64,000 bases of DNA from assembly GCA_902537845.1 (NCBI GenBank), contig CACBDC010000006.1:129-64128 (forward strand), in the 5' to 3' direction. The stretch is from an uncultured Pelagibacteraceae bacterium (GTDB lineage Bacteria > Pseudomonadota > Alphaproteobacteria > Pelagibacterales > Pelagibacteraceae). The translations under genes were made by a program, and so were the position numbers. A model generated the notes under the pieces. The model had not been told where the DNA came from. It saw only the letters and a program-made list of their open reading frames with translations, and did no database searches. Positions 1-10,637 of the stretch are shown here, piece after piece; position 1 is the stretch's first letter, and each line of letters starts with the position of its first letter.

Positions 1-1902
1 GAGTTTTTAAAATCTATTTCTTATATTGTTGAGGAAAAAGAAGACTTTAAAATTGGAACTTCTAATGTAGATAATGAAATTTCATCAATTGCAGGTCCTC
101 AACTAGTCGTCCCGGTAGATAATGCAAGGTACGCATTAAATGCTGCTAACGCAAGATGGGGAAGTTTATATGATGCATTATATGGAACTGATGTAATTCC
201 TGGAAGTAAGTTCAAAGAATTTAACGAAGAAAGAGCAAGCAAAGTAATAGCTTATGTTAGAAAATTTTTAGATGAGATAGCTCCCCTAGAAAAACTTAGT
301 TGGAGTGAAATTTCAGAAATAAAAGTTAAAGACGAAGATATTCAATTTTTAAGTGGAAAAAATGAAATATATTTAAAAGATAAAAATCAATTTATTGCTT
401 TTAATGGAGAAAAGAATAAACCAAGCTCAATTTTAATTAAAAACAATGGCCTTCACATAGAAATTGTGATCGATTCTAACAATCAAGTAGGCAAATTTGA
501 TAATGCTGGTATTTCTGATGTTATTATGGAGTCTGCAATATCTACTATTATAGATAATGAGGACTCGGTTGCTGCAGTTGATGCTGAAGATAAAATTAAA
601 TGTTACCGTAACTGGCTAGGTTTAATGAAAGGCGACCTGACTGCTAATGTAGAAAAAAATGGAAAAAAATTCATAAGAAAGTTAAATCCAGATCGAGAGT
701 ATATATCTAAAACCGGAAAAAAAATGTTTCTACATGGAAGAGCTCTTCTATTAAACAGAAATGTAGGTCATTTAATGACTAATCCTGCTATAATTTTAAA
801 AGATGGCACAGAGATACCTGAAGGTATAATGGATGCTTTTTTTGCTACTCTTTGTGCTTTACATGATTTTAAAAATAAGAAAAATTCTCGTAAAGAATCT
901 GTTTACATTGTTAAACCTAAAATGCATGGTCCAGAGGAGGTTTTATTTACAGATACACTTTTTGAAAAGGTTGAAGATGCGCTAGGAATTAAAAAGTACA
1001 GTATAAAAGTGGGAATTATGGATGAAGAAAGAAGAACAACAGTAAATTTAAAAGAATGTATCAGACAGGTAAAAAACAGAATTGTATTTATTAATACAGG
1101 TTTCTTAGATCGAACAGGCGATGAAATGCATACATCTTTTGAGGCAGGTCCTATGATATTTAAAGGAGATATGAAAAAATCTACTTGGTTGGGAACTTAT
1201 GAAGACTGGAACGTCGACATAGGATTGAATTGTGGTTTTTCAGGTAAAGCTCAAATAGGAAAAGGTATGTGGGCTATGCCAGATCAAATGGCAAATATGA
1301 TGGAGCAAAAAATCGGTCATCCTAAATCAGGGGCGAATTGTGCATGGGTTCCCTCGCCAACAGCAGCAACTTTACACTCAATGCATTATCACAAAGTAAA
1401 TGTATTTAATGAACAAGAAAAGATTAAATCAAGAAATAAAGCTAAATTAGAAAATATTTTAGAGATTCCGAAAGCAGATAGACCTAATTGGGCATTGGAT
1501 GATATAAAACGTGAATTAGAAAATAACGCGCAAGGTATTTTAGGTTACGTAGTAAGATGGATTAATCAAGGCGTTGGGTGTTCAAAAGTGCCGGACATCA
1601 ACAATGTTGGATTAATGGAAGATAGAGCTACACTTAGAATTTCCTCTCAACATATTGCTAATTGGCTTCACCATGGTATTTGTGAGAGAGAACAGGTCTT
1701 AGAAGTAATGAAAAAAATGGCAAAAATTGTTGATGAACAAAACAAAGATGATCCTAATTACCAAAAAATGTCCGATAACTTTGACAATTCAATAGCCTTT
1801 TCTGCTGCTTGCGATCTTGTTTTCAAAGGTAGGGAACAGCCGTCAGGATATACAGAACCTCTATTGCATCAAAAAAGATTACAAAGAAAAGCCTCTAATT
1901 AA
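1..1902 (+). CDS. glcB: malate synthase G (5'-truncated by window edge)
   Basis: Frame is open from base 1 ([34 protein letters not shown]); motifs [42 protein letters not shown]. Confidence 0.97.
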   Translation, partial: EFLKSISYIVEEKEDFKIGTSNVDNEISSIAGPQLVVPVDNARYALNAANARWGSLYDALYGTDVIPGSKFKEFNEERASKVIAYVRKFLDEIAPLEKLSWSEISEIKVKDEDIQFLSGKNEIYLKDKNQFIAFNGEKNKPSSILIKNNGLHIEIVIDSNNQVGKFDNAGISDVIMESAISTIIDNEDSVAAVDAEDKIKCYRNWLGLMKGDLTANVEKNGKKFIRKLNPDREYISKTGKKMFLHGRALLLNRNVGHLMTNPAIILKDGTEIPEGIMDAFFATLCALHDFKNKKNSRKESVYIVKPKMHGPEEVLFTDTLFEKVEDALGIKKYSIKVGIMDEERRTTVNLKECIRQVKNRIVFINTGFLDRTGDEMHTSFEAGPMIFKGDMKKSTWLGTYEDWNVDIGLNCGFSGKAQIGKGMWAMPDQMANMMEQKIGHPKSGANCAWVPSPTAATLHSMHYHKVNVFNEQEKIKSRNKAKLENILEIPKADRPNWALDDIKRELENNAQGILGYVVRWINQGVGCSKVPDINNVGLMEDRATLRISSQHIANWLHHGICEREQVLEVMKKMAKIVDEQNKDDPNYQKMSDNFDNSIAFSAACDLVFKGREQPSGYTEPLLHQKRLQRKASN

Positions 1903-2504
1903 TTTCCTGTGACAGGTACTCTGTTTTTAAATGCTGAAAATAAAGTGCCATCATCAAGTTGCTCAATCTCACCACCAACTGGCAAACCTTGAGCTAGTTT
2001 GGTTATTTTTAGCTTATCGCTTTTGATTGTATCCTCAATATAATGGGCAGTAGTTTGGCCTTCCACTGTAGCGCTTGTGGCTATAATTACTTCCTTTAAA
2101 TTATTTTTTTTTATTCTTTTTACAAGCGACTCGATTAGAAGATTTTTTTGTTCATAATTTTCGTTAGAATTTAATGTACCACCTAGAATATGGTAATGAC
2201 CTTTGTAAATATTTGCTGAGTCTATAACCCACATATCAGCTAAATTCTCAACAACACAAATTTTGTCGTAGGAATTATCTGCGGAACAAATGCAAACTTT
2301 ATCAATTATTTTCAAATTTCCGCAATCTACGCATCTTACGACATTTTTATAAACTTGAGCTAAAGATTTCGCTAACGGTTTTACCATTTTGTCTTTATTG
2401 TTAATTAATTTTAATATTATTCTTTTTGCGGACTTGGGTCCTAGCCCAGGCAATTTTGAAAACTGCTTAATTAATTCATTTATTTCTGGAATATCGTTAT
2501 CCAT
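1899..2504 (-). CDS. recR: recombination protein RecR
   Basis: [11 protein letters not shown] HhH, Cys cluster, [16 protein letters not shown] Toprim; dnaX-ybaB-recR operon. Confidence 0.95.
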   Translation of the reverse strand: MDNDIPEINELIKQFSKLPGLGPKSAKRIILKLINNKDKMVKPLAKSLAQVYKNVVRCVDCGNLKIIDKVCICSADNSYDKICVVENLADMWVIDSANIYKGHYHILGGTLNSNENYEQKNLLIESLVKRIKKNNLKEVIIATSATVEGQTTAHYIEDTIKSDKLKITKLAQGLPVGGEIEQLDDGTLFSAFKNRVPVTGN

Positions 2505-2824
2505 TAGAAAGGAAGTTTAAAGTCTAAAGGTAAATTAAGACCACCAGTTGCTTTGGATAATTCCTCAGCAGACTTTTTTTTTAAGTTTTCTTTTGCATTG
2601 TTATACGCAGCTATAATTAAATCATTTATTATTTCCTGACTTTCTTTTTTAGCAGCATCACTGATGGTAATCGATTTTAGCTCATAATCACCTGACAAGG
2701 TTACTTTTACAAGGTTTCCCCCAGCTTCACCATCAACTGTAATTTTTTTAATTTGATCTTGGGCTTCTTTCATTTTTTCTTGCATGGCTTTTGCCTTTGA
2801 TAGCATGTCGGAAAAATTTGTCAT
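2504..2824 (-). CDS. ybaB: YbaB/EbfC nucleoid-associated protein
   Basis: GEAGGNLVKVTLSG, DLIIAAYNNA; lies between dnaX and recR. Confidence 0.93.
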   Translation of the reverse strand: MTNFSDMLSKAKAMQEKMKEAQDQIKKITVDGEAGGNLVKVTLSGDYELKSITISDAAKKESQEIINDLIIAAYNNAKENLKKKSAEELSKATGGLNLPLDFKLPF

Positions 2825-4495
2825 TTATTTCTCTTCTTTTAGATCAATTAGTTTTGCATCAGGAAAAGCTTTCTTAATATCTTTTGCAATTTCACTTTCA
2901 TTAAATTCTTTAATCTTGTCGGATTTTTCTTCTAAATTTTTTTCATAAATACTTTTTGCATCAATATTCTTGCTTAGAGATATAATCCACCTATCCCCTG
3001 TCCATAAAAGTAACTTTTCTGTTAAATTTTTTATAAAGTTTTTGTTTAATTTTTCATTAAAACTAATATCTATTTTTCCTTTATTGAAACTAACCAATTT
3101 TACATTTCTTTCTAGATCATATTTTAGTTCAATCTCTTTTTCTTTGTTAGCCTGTTCAATCAAGTCTTGAAAGCTTGATATTTGAATTTTTGCATTTTTA
3201 CTTTCAACGGATAAATTTTTTACTGGACTTGTTTTTATTTGATTAGTGCTTTTTAGCTGATTTTTAATTTGGTTATTGATATTGGCTTCGAGAGAAGGTT
3301 CTTCCATCTTTTTTCCAACTGACTTTTCATCAGAGGATATAATATTTTCTTGTGTAAAGTTTGATGTTTCTTTTTTTGTGTCTATATTCTTTAAGTGTAT
3401 TAGTTGCATAATATACATTTCTAAGGTTAAGTTCTCATTTCCAACTATTCTTAAATCATCTATAGTTTTAATAGTAAGTTGCCAAAATAAACCAATATCC
3501 TCCATATCTATATTTTTAGAATATTGGTCAACCATTTTTAATTCTGCTTCTGAGATGGACATGTCTTTCTCAATTGGCCCAAGGTTTATTCTTCTGCTAA
3601 AAAGATAAAGTACCTCCAGAATGTCGTTAAGAAAATTTTTTGCATCTAAACCGTCATTCATAAGTTCATCTAATAGTTTTAAAGATTCTTTCTCTTTACC
3701 ACTTAAAACTTCTTTAAAAAGAGAGATAATTTTACTCTTATCAGCGAGCCCTAACATTTGTCTCACATCAGTTTCCTCTACTTGTTTATTATCATTAATT
3801 GATTGAGAAATTAGTGCTCTATCTAATAAAGAAATAGAATCTCTAACAGATCCCTCCGATGTCCTTGAAATTAATTTAATAGCATCGTCAGATATTTTTC
3901 CTTTTTCTTTATCTGAAATCATTTTTAAATGCTTGCAAAGCTGATCAATACTTACCCTTTTAAGATCAAATCTTTGGCATCGAGATAAAATAGTAACTGG
4001 TATTTTTCTCACTTCAGTCGTGGCTAAAATAAATTTTAAACTTGGTGGGGGTTCTTCTAAAGTTTTAAGCAAACCATTAAAAGCTTGTTTCGAAAGCATA
4101 TGAACTTCGTCTATAATAAATATTTTATATTTTGCACTGGTTGGACTATATTTAGAATTTTCTATTAATTCTCTAATATCATCTATCCCTGTTTTAGAGG
4201 CAGCGTCCATTTCTAAAACATCCATATGATTTGAGTTTACGATCTCTTTGCAATGGCAGTTTTCATCCGATTTACACTTTTCACCCTCAGAAAAATTTTT
4301 TGTACAGTTTAATGCTTTAGCTATTAATCTTGCTGTTGTAGTTTTCCCTACTCCTCGTATTCCAGTCAACAAATATGCATTTGGAGTTTTACCAAGTTTA
4401 ATTGCATTGGTAATTGTTTTTGACATTACTTCTTGACCAATTAAATCTTTAAATTCTTGAGGCCTATATTTAAGTGCTAAAATTTTATTTTTCAT
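2825..4495 (-). CDS. dnaX: DNA polymerase III gamma/tau subunit
   Basis: LALKYRPQ, Walker A GIRGVGKTT, IIDEVHML, SRC motif; start moved to ATG 4495 because the upstream extension overlaps the SRP RNA. Confidence 0.96.
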   Translation of the reverse strand: MKNKILALKYRPQEFKDLIGQEVMSKTITNAIKLGKTPNAYLLTGIRGVGKTTTARLIAKALNCTKNFSEGEKCKSDENCHCKEIVNSNHMDVLEMDAASKTGIDDIRELIENSKYSPTSAKYKIFIIDEVHMLSKQAFNGLLKTLEEPPPSLKFILATTEVRKIPVTILSRCQRFDLKRVSIDQLCKHLKMISDKEKGKISDDAIKLISRTSEGSVRDSISLLDRALISQSINDNKQVEETDVRQMLGLADKSKIISLFKEVLSGKEKESLKLLDELMNDGLDAKNFLNDILEVLYLFSRRINLGPIEKDMSISEAELKMVDQYSKNIDMEDIGLFWQLTIKTIDDLRIVGNENLTLEMYIMQLIHLKNIDTKKETSNFTQENIISSDEKSVGKKMEEPSLEANINNQIKNQLKSTNQIKTSPVKNLSVESKNAKIQISSFQDLIEQANKEKEIELKYDLERNVKLVSFNKGKIDISFNEKLNKNFIKNLTEKLLLWTGDRWIISLSKNIDAKSIYEKNLEEKSDKIKEFNESEIAKDIKKAFPDAKLIDLKEEK

Positions 4496-4500
4496 TTTAA

Positions 4501-4592
4501 AGAGGCAGGCAACAACCTGAATAATTTTCACTACGGCTGCTTCTTTTCAGACCTGACCGGGTTTATGAAACATCCACCTGATGCCAACCTCA
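4501..4592 (-). ncRNA. ffs: bacterial small SRP RNA (4.5S)
   Basis: Minus strand carries helix-8 core CCGGTCAGGTCTGAAAAGAAGCAGCCG with GAAA tetraloop; terminal GAGG..CCTC pairing; classic position upstream of dnaX. Confidence 0.92.
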
Positions 4593-4649
4593 CTAGGATT
4601 ATATCAAGATCAAATTAAATACTACAAGACTAGATTTGAATTTTGTGGA

Positions 4650-5492
4650 CTATTTTTGCCTAAATTTTGAAGATTCGTACACTCCTAATATGTCTAACGT
4701 CTCAGTATGGAAACCTAGTTCCTCGAGTGCCTTTTTTACTCTTGAGTCCTCTATATGTCCCTCAAGATCTAAATAAAAATTTGCTTGATCAAAAGTATTT
4801 TTGACTGAAAAACTTTCTAATTTAGTAAGATTTACTTGATTAGTAGCAAACCCTCCTAGGCATTTGTAGAGAGCAGAAGGTTCACTCTTTACTCTGAAAA
4901 TACAACTAGTAATATATTTTTTCTCTTTACTATATTCAGGCTGCTCAATATTTTTTCCCATCACTAAAAATCTAGTAACATTCCCTTTGTCATCTTCGAT
5001 ATTTCTTTTTAAAATTTTAAGGTTATACATTTTTGCTGAAAGGTCTGAAGCAATCGCAGCTATAGTTTTATCTTTGCCTTCAGCTAAATCTTTTGCAGAG
5101 CCAGCCGTATCAACGGAGATAATTGATTTGTATTTTTTTTCAGTAATAATTTTTTGACATTGGCTTATGGCTTGAGCATGACTTCTTACATACTTGATGT
5201 CTTCAATAGACGCATCTGGTTTTCCAAGTAAATTATGCTCAACGGGAAGAAAAAATTCACCGTGTATTTGAAGCTTATACTTAGGCAGTAAATAATGAAT
5301 ATCAGCAACTCTACCAGCCAAAGAATTTTCAATTGGAATTAAAATTTTATAACTTGAATCGTTGAAAGCTTGTTTAAATGTGTCTTCAAAAGTCGCACAA
5401 GTTTTAATGTCAGCATCTTTGTAAAGCTTCTCAACGGCTATATGTGAATAAGCCCCTAACTCACCCTGTATGGCAATTTTAATTTTAGTCAT
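4650..5492 (-). CDS. pheA: prephenate dehydratase
   Basis: QGELGAYS, PIENSLAG, SHAQAISQC, TRF motif, ACT domain NLTKLES. Confidence 0.95.
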   Translation of the reverse strand: MTKIKIAIQGELGAYSHIAVEKLYKDADIKTCATFEDTFKQAFNDSSYKILIPIENSLAGRVADIHYLLPKYKLQIHGEFFLPVEHNLLGKPDASIEDIKYVRSHAQAISQCQKIITEKKYKSIISVDTAGSAKDLAEGKDKTIAAIASDLSAKMYNLKILKRNIEDDKGNVTRFLVMGKNIEQPEYSKEKKYITSCIFRVKSEPSALYKCLGGFATNQVNLTKLESFSVKNTFDQANFYLDLEGHIEDSRVKKALEELGFHTETLDILGVYESSKFRQK

Positions 5493-6222
5493 TTGATTGC
5501 ATCATTCTTCTTACCTCTATTAAATCATTTTTAGTATCAACACTTAGCGGCGAAGAGTTTGTATACCCAACATGAATATTCATAGAATTTTCTAAAGCCC
5601 TTAGTTGCTCAAGTTTTCTCTCTATTTCAAGTTTTGATCTTTTCAAACTTACATACCTTAATAACGCTTTACGAGTAAAGGCATAAATTCCAATATGATG
5701 GTAAAGGTTTTTATTTTTTTTGGTATCTAACCTAAAAAAATCAGTCGCACGATCAAATTGATTATTCTTAAGCATATTTTCAACTACTACCTTAACATTG
5801 TTCTCATCTTTCTTCTCTATATCTGAACGAAATGCGCTGGCTAATGTGCCAATATCACATTTATCATCCTCCATATAAGAAATTAGGCTATTTATAACTT
5901 TGTAATCAATATTAGGCATGTCCCCTTGTAAATTTACTATTATATCTGGCTCACTATTTAAATGTTCTTTAAACACTTCAAAAACTCGGTCTGTGCCTGT
6001 TTGATGATTGGGTGAAGTTAGAAAAGCTTTTCCTCCATTACTTTTTATAATATCAATAATTTTTTGATCAGGCGTAGCAACACATACTTCGCTAGTATTT
6101 GTTTTTTTTGCAGCATCATAGACATGAAGAATCATCTCTTTATTGTTAATAAGTTCTAATGGTTTGTTAGGTAGTCTAACAGCGTCTAATCTTGATGGTA
6201 TTATTATTGCAGTTTTTTTCAT
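5485..6222 (-). CDS. kdsB: CMP-KDO synthetase
   Basis: IIPSRLDAVRLPNKPL, TGTDR, NLQGDMP, HIGIYAF, KLEQLRAL; start ATG 6222. Confidence 0.94.
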   Translation of the reverse strand: MKKTAIIIPSRLDAVRLPNKPLELINNKEMILHVYDAAKKTNTSEVCVATPDQKIIDIIKSNGGKAFLTSPNHQTGTDRVFEVFKEHLNSEPDIIVNLQGDMPNIDYKVINSLISYMEDDKCDIGTLASAFRSDIEKKDENNVKVVVENMLKNNQFDRATDFFRLDTKKNKNLYHHIGIYAFTRKALLRYVSLKRSKLEIERKLEQLRALENSMNIHVGYTNSSPLSVDTKNDLIEVRRMMQSND

Positions 6223-6227
6223 AATTA

Positions 6228-6244
6228 TGCGTCTCAAAGACGCA
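6228..6244. promoter_or_regulatory. GC-rich palindrome, RegA/RegR-box-like, between divergent kdsB and cycM
   Basis: TGCGTC-TCAAA-GACGCA fits the GCGnC-N5-GnCGC pattern. Confidence 0.45.
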
Positions 6245-6315
6245 AAAAAAATAAAGTAATTTAAAGTCTTTTTTCAAAAGTCGTGCTATACGTCACTTAA
6301 GTATCTATCAAAATT

Positions 6316-6861
6316 ATGGACAGTTTTGAAATAAATAAAATAATTGCAGCAGTTCTTCTTACTGCTCTAATAGTAATAGGTATCGGAAAATTTGCGGACA
6401 TCCTATTTTATGTTGAAAAACCAAAAGAGTCAGCTTACAAAATTGAGGGTCTAGAGGTTGCTTCATCTAGCTCAACATCAAATGAAGAAGTAAAAGTAGT
6501 TGAGGCAGTTGATATAAAAGCTCTATTAGCAATGGGCGACTTAACTCATGGTGAAAAAGTTTTTAAGAAGTGCTCTGCATGTCATCAAATTGCTGCTGGT
6601 GGTAAAAATATGATAGGACCAAACCTGTGGGGAGTGATTGGTAGAACTGCAGGAGTTGTTGATGATTACAAGTACTCAAAAGCGATGATCGCTTATGGTA
6701 AAGAATGGTCATTTGAAGAAATGAACAGCTATTTGATAAAACCTCAAGCTTACATCAAAGGTACTAAAATGGCATTTGCTGGACTGAGAAAAGAAAAAGA
6801 TAGAGCATCAGTTATTCTTTACATGAATTCAAAAAGTAATAGTCCAAAAACATTACCTTAA
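6316..6861 (+). CDS. cycM: membrane-anchored cytochrome c (CycM/cytochrome cy)
   Basis: MDSFEINK N-terminus, TM helix, CSACH heme motif, GPNLWG, GTKMAFAG. Confidence 0.92.
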   Translation: MDSFEINKIIAAVLLTALIVIGIGKFADILFYVEKPKESAYKIEGLEVASSSSTSNEEVKVVEAVDIKALLAMGDLTHGEKVFKKCSACHQIAAGGKNMIGPNLWGVIGRTAGVVDDYKYSKAMIAYGKEWSFEEMNSYLIKPQAYIKGTKMAFAGLRKEKDRASVILYMNSKSNSPKTLP

Positions 6862-7784
6862 TTCATACACCAATTAATAATACTTTTCTGAGCATGTACT
6901 CTATTTAAAGCTTGTCTCCATACTACCGACTGTTTGCCGTCGATCACCTCATCGGTAACTTCTTCTCCTCTTCCTACCGGCAAGCAGTGCATAAAAATCG
7001 CATCAGAATGAGCTTTTAGCATTAATTTTTTATTTACTTGAAATGGTTTTAAAGTTTTTTTCTTAGATTTTTTATTTACTTTATCGTTCATTGAAACCCA
7101 TTTATCAGTCATTACACAATCCGATCCAATAATAGCTTCAGCAGGTTTTGGCGTTACGGTAAGATTAATTTTATTCTTTTTGGCCCAAACTAATATTTTT
7201 TTACTAGGCGAATACTTTTTTGGACAACCAATTTTTAAGTTAAAATTGAATTTTCCTGCCGCTTCAATTAATGAATTTGACATATTATTGTTGCCATCCC
7301 CTAACCAAGAAACAGTTTTACCAGTAATCAAACCATTACTTTCTTCATAAGTTAAGATATCTGATAAAATTTGGCAGGGGTGACCTATATCTGACAAGCC
7401 ATTAATAATTGGAATGTCCAAATATTTACCAAATTCCTCAAGATTTTTATGAGATGAAGTTCTTAGCATCACAATGTCAACGTACTCTGATAATACTTTT
7501 GCAGTATCTTTCAATGTTTCATCGCCTTTACCATAATGAATTCCCTCTGGATTCAAAATGATTGAAGAACCTCCTAATTGTTTGACAGCAATATCAAAAG
7601 ACATTCTTGTCCTTGTAGAGGGTTTTTCAAAAATCATTGCCATGGATTTCCCATCAAAAGGTTTATCTAAATCTGGCGCAGATTTACTCAAGCCTTTTCT
7701 CTGAAGCTTTCTTTTTTTGGCTTCCTCAATGATTGCTCTTAGATCATTAGAGGAATGATCGGATATATTAATAAAATTTTTCAT
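6858..7784 (-). CDS. argF: ornithine carbamoyltransferase
   Basis: FEKPSTRTR, HPCQ, WVSMN, FMHCLP. Confidence 0.96.
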   Translation of the reverse strand: MKNFINISDHSSNDLRAIIEEAKKRKLQRKGLSKSAPDLDKPFDGKSMAMIFEKPSTRTRMSFDIAVKQLGGSSIILNPEGIHYGKGDETLKDTAKVLSEYVDIVMLRTSSHKNLEEFGKYLDIPIINGLSDIGHPCQILSDILTYEESNGLITGKTVSWLGDGNNNMSNSLIEAAGKFNFNLKIGCPKKYSPSKKILVWAKKNKINLTVTPKPAEAIIGSDCVMTDKWVSMNDKVNKKSKKKTLKPFQVNKKLMLKAHSDAIFMHCLPVGRGEEVTDEVIDGKQSVVWRQALNRVHAQKSIINWCMN

Positions 7785-8947
7785 TTAAACTTTTTGCAAA
7801 CTTTTTCAATTATTTTTAATCCTAAATTTATTTCTTGTCTTGTTACATTTAAAGGAGGCAAAAGTCTGACCACATTTTCTGATGCTCTTACAGTAAGAAG
7901 ATTATTTTCTAATAATCTTTTAATAAATTTAGATTGATCTTTGTATATACAGATTCCAATTAATAATCCTTTACCTCTAACTTCTTTGATAATTTTTGGA
8001 TATTTTAACTTGATTTTATTTAGTTCTTTTAAAAAATAATTTCCATTTTTAGTAACACTACTGAGAAATTTCTTTTTAAACATAACATCCATTACTGCAT
8101 TTCCAGCACTCATAGCCAAAGGATTTCCTCCAAAAGTAGAGCCATGCAATCCTGGTTTCATCCCAGAAGCAACTTTCTTGTTTAATAAAACTGCTCCTAT
8201 TGGAAAACCGCCTCCAATTCCTTTTGCTATTGGAACAATATCTGGTTTAATTTTTGCATGTTCGAATGCGAAAAATTTTCCACTTCTTCCTATGCCGCAT
8301 TGAACCTCATCTAAAATTAAAAGAATTTTTTTTTTATTACAAAGCTTTCTTAGACCTACCAAACAATAGTCGGGTATTACTTTTATTCCACCTTCTCCCA
8401 TTATAGTTTCAACCATAATGGCTGCAGTTCTATTTGTTATTGATTTTTCCAAACCTTTATGATCTCCAAAATTAAAATGATCAAATCCATCTACTTTTGG
8501 GCCAAAACCTTCTGTGGCTTTTTTGCTATTACCTGCAAAAATAGTAGCTAGGGTTCTTCCGTGAAAACTATTATTTATACATAAAATTCTATTTTTTCTT
8601 GGTTGGCCTTTTGAATAAAAATACCTTCTAGCAAATTTAATTGCTGCCTCAGTTGCCTCTGCTCCAGAGTTTTGAAAGAATACATAATCTGCAAATGTTT
8701 TTTGTTTTAACCTTCTAGCTAATTTTTCTTGTTCTGGAATTATAAAAGCATTTGATACATGCCATAATTTTTTTGCCTGTTTAGAAATAGACTTAGTCAA
8801 ATAATTATTAGCATGGCCTAAACAGTTCACAGCAATTCCTTGAACAAAATCTAAATATTTTTTTCCATTTGTTCCATAAAGAAAAGCACCTTTACCTTTC
8901 GTAAATGCAATTTTCTTTCTGTTATACGTATTTAAAATAGCGCTCAT
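7781..8947 (-). CDS. argD: acetylornithine aminotransferase
   Basis: NSGAEATE, SFHGRT, DEVQCG, AKGIGGGFP, HGSTFGGNP; start ATG 8947. Confidence 0.95.
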   Translation of the reverse strand: MSAILNTYNRKKIAFTKGKGAFLYGTNGKKYLDFVQGIAVNCLGHANNYLTKSISKQAKKLWHVSNAFIIPEQEKLARRLKQKTFADYVFFQNSGAEATEAAIKFARRYFYSKGQPRKNRILCINNSFHGRTLATIFAGNSKKATEGFGPKVDGFDHFNFGDHKGLEKSITNRTAAIMVETIMGEGGIKVIPDYCLVGLRKLCNKKKILLILDEVQCGIGRSGKFFAFEHAKIKPDIVPIAKGIGGGFPIGAVLLNKKVASGMKPGLHGSTFGGNPLAMSAGNAVMDVMFKKKFLSSVTKNGNYFLKELNKIKLKYPKIIKEVRGKGLLIGICIYKDQSKFIKRLLENNLLTVRASENVVRLLPPLNVTRQEINLGLKIIEKVCKKFK

Positions 8948-8951
8948 AGTT

Positions 8952-9764
8952 TTACGATTTAATTTTATAACCTTTTTTATACAATAAGTATGTAACAAAC
9001 CAGCTAGCTAAACTTAAAACACTTAAATAAATTAAGCCGGTAGTGATTGAACCATCAGCTTTACCAATAAAACTGTATCTGAAACCATCAATCATATAAA
9101 AAAAAGGATTAATTTTACTGATCATTTGTAAAACTTCAGGCAATCTTTCGATTGAATAAAACGTTCCAGATAAAAAAGATAATGGCACAATTATAAAGTT
9201 TGTTACTGTTGCCATATGGTCAAATTTTTCAGCCCACAATCCTGCAATGATGCCTATATTTCCTAAAATAAATGATGAAAGCAAGGTAAATGCCACAAGT
9301 AACAAATAGTTTTTAATTTCTAAATCAATTATAAATTTGAAAACAATAATTGAAACAATAGCAATTATTACGCTCCTTGTTACCGCTGCTAGAGAAACTG
9401 AGATGGTCACCTCAGTAGCTGATAAAGGCGCATATAATAAATCGACAATGTTCCCCTGTATTTTACCAATCATAAAAGATGATGATGAATGTGAAAATGA
9501 TTGTTGAATAACCTGCATTGATATCAACCCTGGCGCTAGAAAAGTTATAAAAGGAACACCTAAAACATCACCTCTGTCTGCACCTATTGCTAGAGTTAAA
9601 ACAAGTAAGAATAGCAAAGAGGAAACAAGTGGGGAAAAAATAGTTTGTATCCACACTATCAAAAATCTTAAGACTTCTTTTTTGTATAAAGTCCAAACTC
9701 CAATCCAATTTACAAGTCCAAATCTTCTTGTTCCTATTTTATATTTTTTTGTTATTTCAACCAT
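8952..9764 (-). CDS. ABC-2 type transporter permease (YadH-like)
   Basis: KEVLRF, FLAPGL, PLSFLSGTFY, NPFFYMIDGFRY; usual neighbour of gcrA/argD. Confidence 0.88.
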   Translation of the reverse strand: MVEITKKYKIGTRRFGLVNWIGVWTLYKKEVLRFLIVWIQTIFSPLVSSLLFLLVLTLAIGADRGDVLGVPFITFLAPGLISMQVIQQSFSHSSSSFMIGKIQGNIVDLLYAPLSATEVTISVSLAAVTRSVIIAIVSIIVFKFIIDLEIKNYLLLVAFTLLSSFILGNIGIIAGLWAEKFDHMATVTNFIIVPLSFLSGTFYSIERLPEVLQMISKINPFFYMIDGFRYSFIGKADGSITTGLIYLSVLSLASWFVTYLLYKKGYKIKS

Positions 9765-9900
9765 AAATAGTCTTATATCCTTTTATTAAAAAAACTGTGT
9801 ACAACTAAATCTACTCACAGCTTTTAGGACTTTTAATGTTTTAAACCTCAATATTATGTCCTAAATTTTTTTAAAATACTAAATATTGTAATTTAATACA

Positions 9901-10398
9901 ATGAGTTGGACAGAGGAAAAAGTAAAGAAATTAAAAGAACTTTGGACCAAAGGTCATACTGCAAGTCAAATAGCAGAGGAACTTGGAGATACGACACGTA
10001 ACGCAGTTATTGGAAAAGCTCATAGACTCAACTTGGAAGCTAGAGCCCCTTCGAAACAATCAAGCCAATCATCCTCTTCAGTAATTAAATCAACTCGAAA
10101 AGGTACAACGCCAATTTCAAGAAAAGCCAAATTTCAATCAATTTTACTAGATAAAAATTTTGAGCCAGAAAACCCTAAATCTTTAGAGGAATTAACTGAT
10201 CAAACATGCAAATGGCCTATAGGGCATCCCAATGAAGAAAAGTTTTATTTTTGCGGAAGAAAACCTGAAGGAGAATTCCCGTATTGTAAATTACACGTGT
10301 TATATGCATTTCAACCTAAAGGTACAAAAGAAGAGATTCTTGATAAAGAAGATGACATTCCAGAATTTATTGAGAAAAAAGTTAAAGCGTCAGGGTAA
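9901..10398 (+). CDS. gcrA: GcrA cell-cycle regulator
   Basis: MSWTEE..LW..G.TASQIA, TRNAVIGKAHRL, CKWPIGHP, FCG, PYC..H. Confidence 0.95.
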   Translation: MSWTEEKVKKLKELWTKGHTASQIAEELGDTTRNAVIGKAHRLNLEARAPSKQSSQSSSSVIKSTRKGTTPISRKAKFQSILLDKNFEPENPKSLEELTDQTCKWPIGHPNEEKFYFCGRKPEGEFPYCKLHVLYAFQPKGTKEEILDKEDDIPEFIEKKVKASG

Positions 10399-10409
10399 TT
10401 CAAACTTAA

Positions 10410-10637
10410 ATGGAATTTATTAAAAAATACCTTAAGTGGTTAAGTACTTTTTTAGTACTAACAGGAATACTGCTTACCAATCTCAATATGTACCCTATCA
10501 ATATTATGTTTCATGGTGCAGGGGTTGTAGGTTGGACAATCGCTGGTTTTCTCTCAAAAGATAAAGCTATTCTTACAAACTTCGGATTACAAATTCCTTT
10601 ATTTTTAATAGGATTCTATCAATTGTTACTTCAATGA
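10410..10637 (+). CDS. small membrane protein, unknown function
   Basis: 75-aa hydrophobic ORF overlapping the next gene by 4 nt. Confidence 0.75.
   Translation: MEFIKKYLKWLSTFLVLTGILLTNLNMYPINIMFHGAGVVGWTIAGFLSKDKAILTNFGLQIPLFLIGFYQLLLQ

Noticed and set aside
3365-3380. A-AAA-AAA-G slippery-like run in dnaX just after domain III (gamma/tau frameshift?)
   Set aside because: A7 runs are ubiquitous in this genome; no downstream stimulatory hairpin or upstream SD seen
4496-4531. N-terminal extension of the dnaX ORF in the track
   Set aside because: Overlaps the SRP RNA; ATG 4495 matches normal DnaX starts
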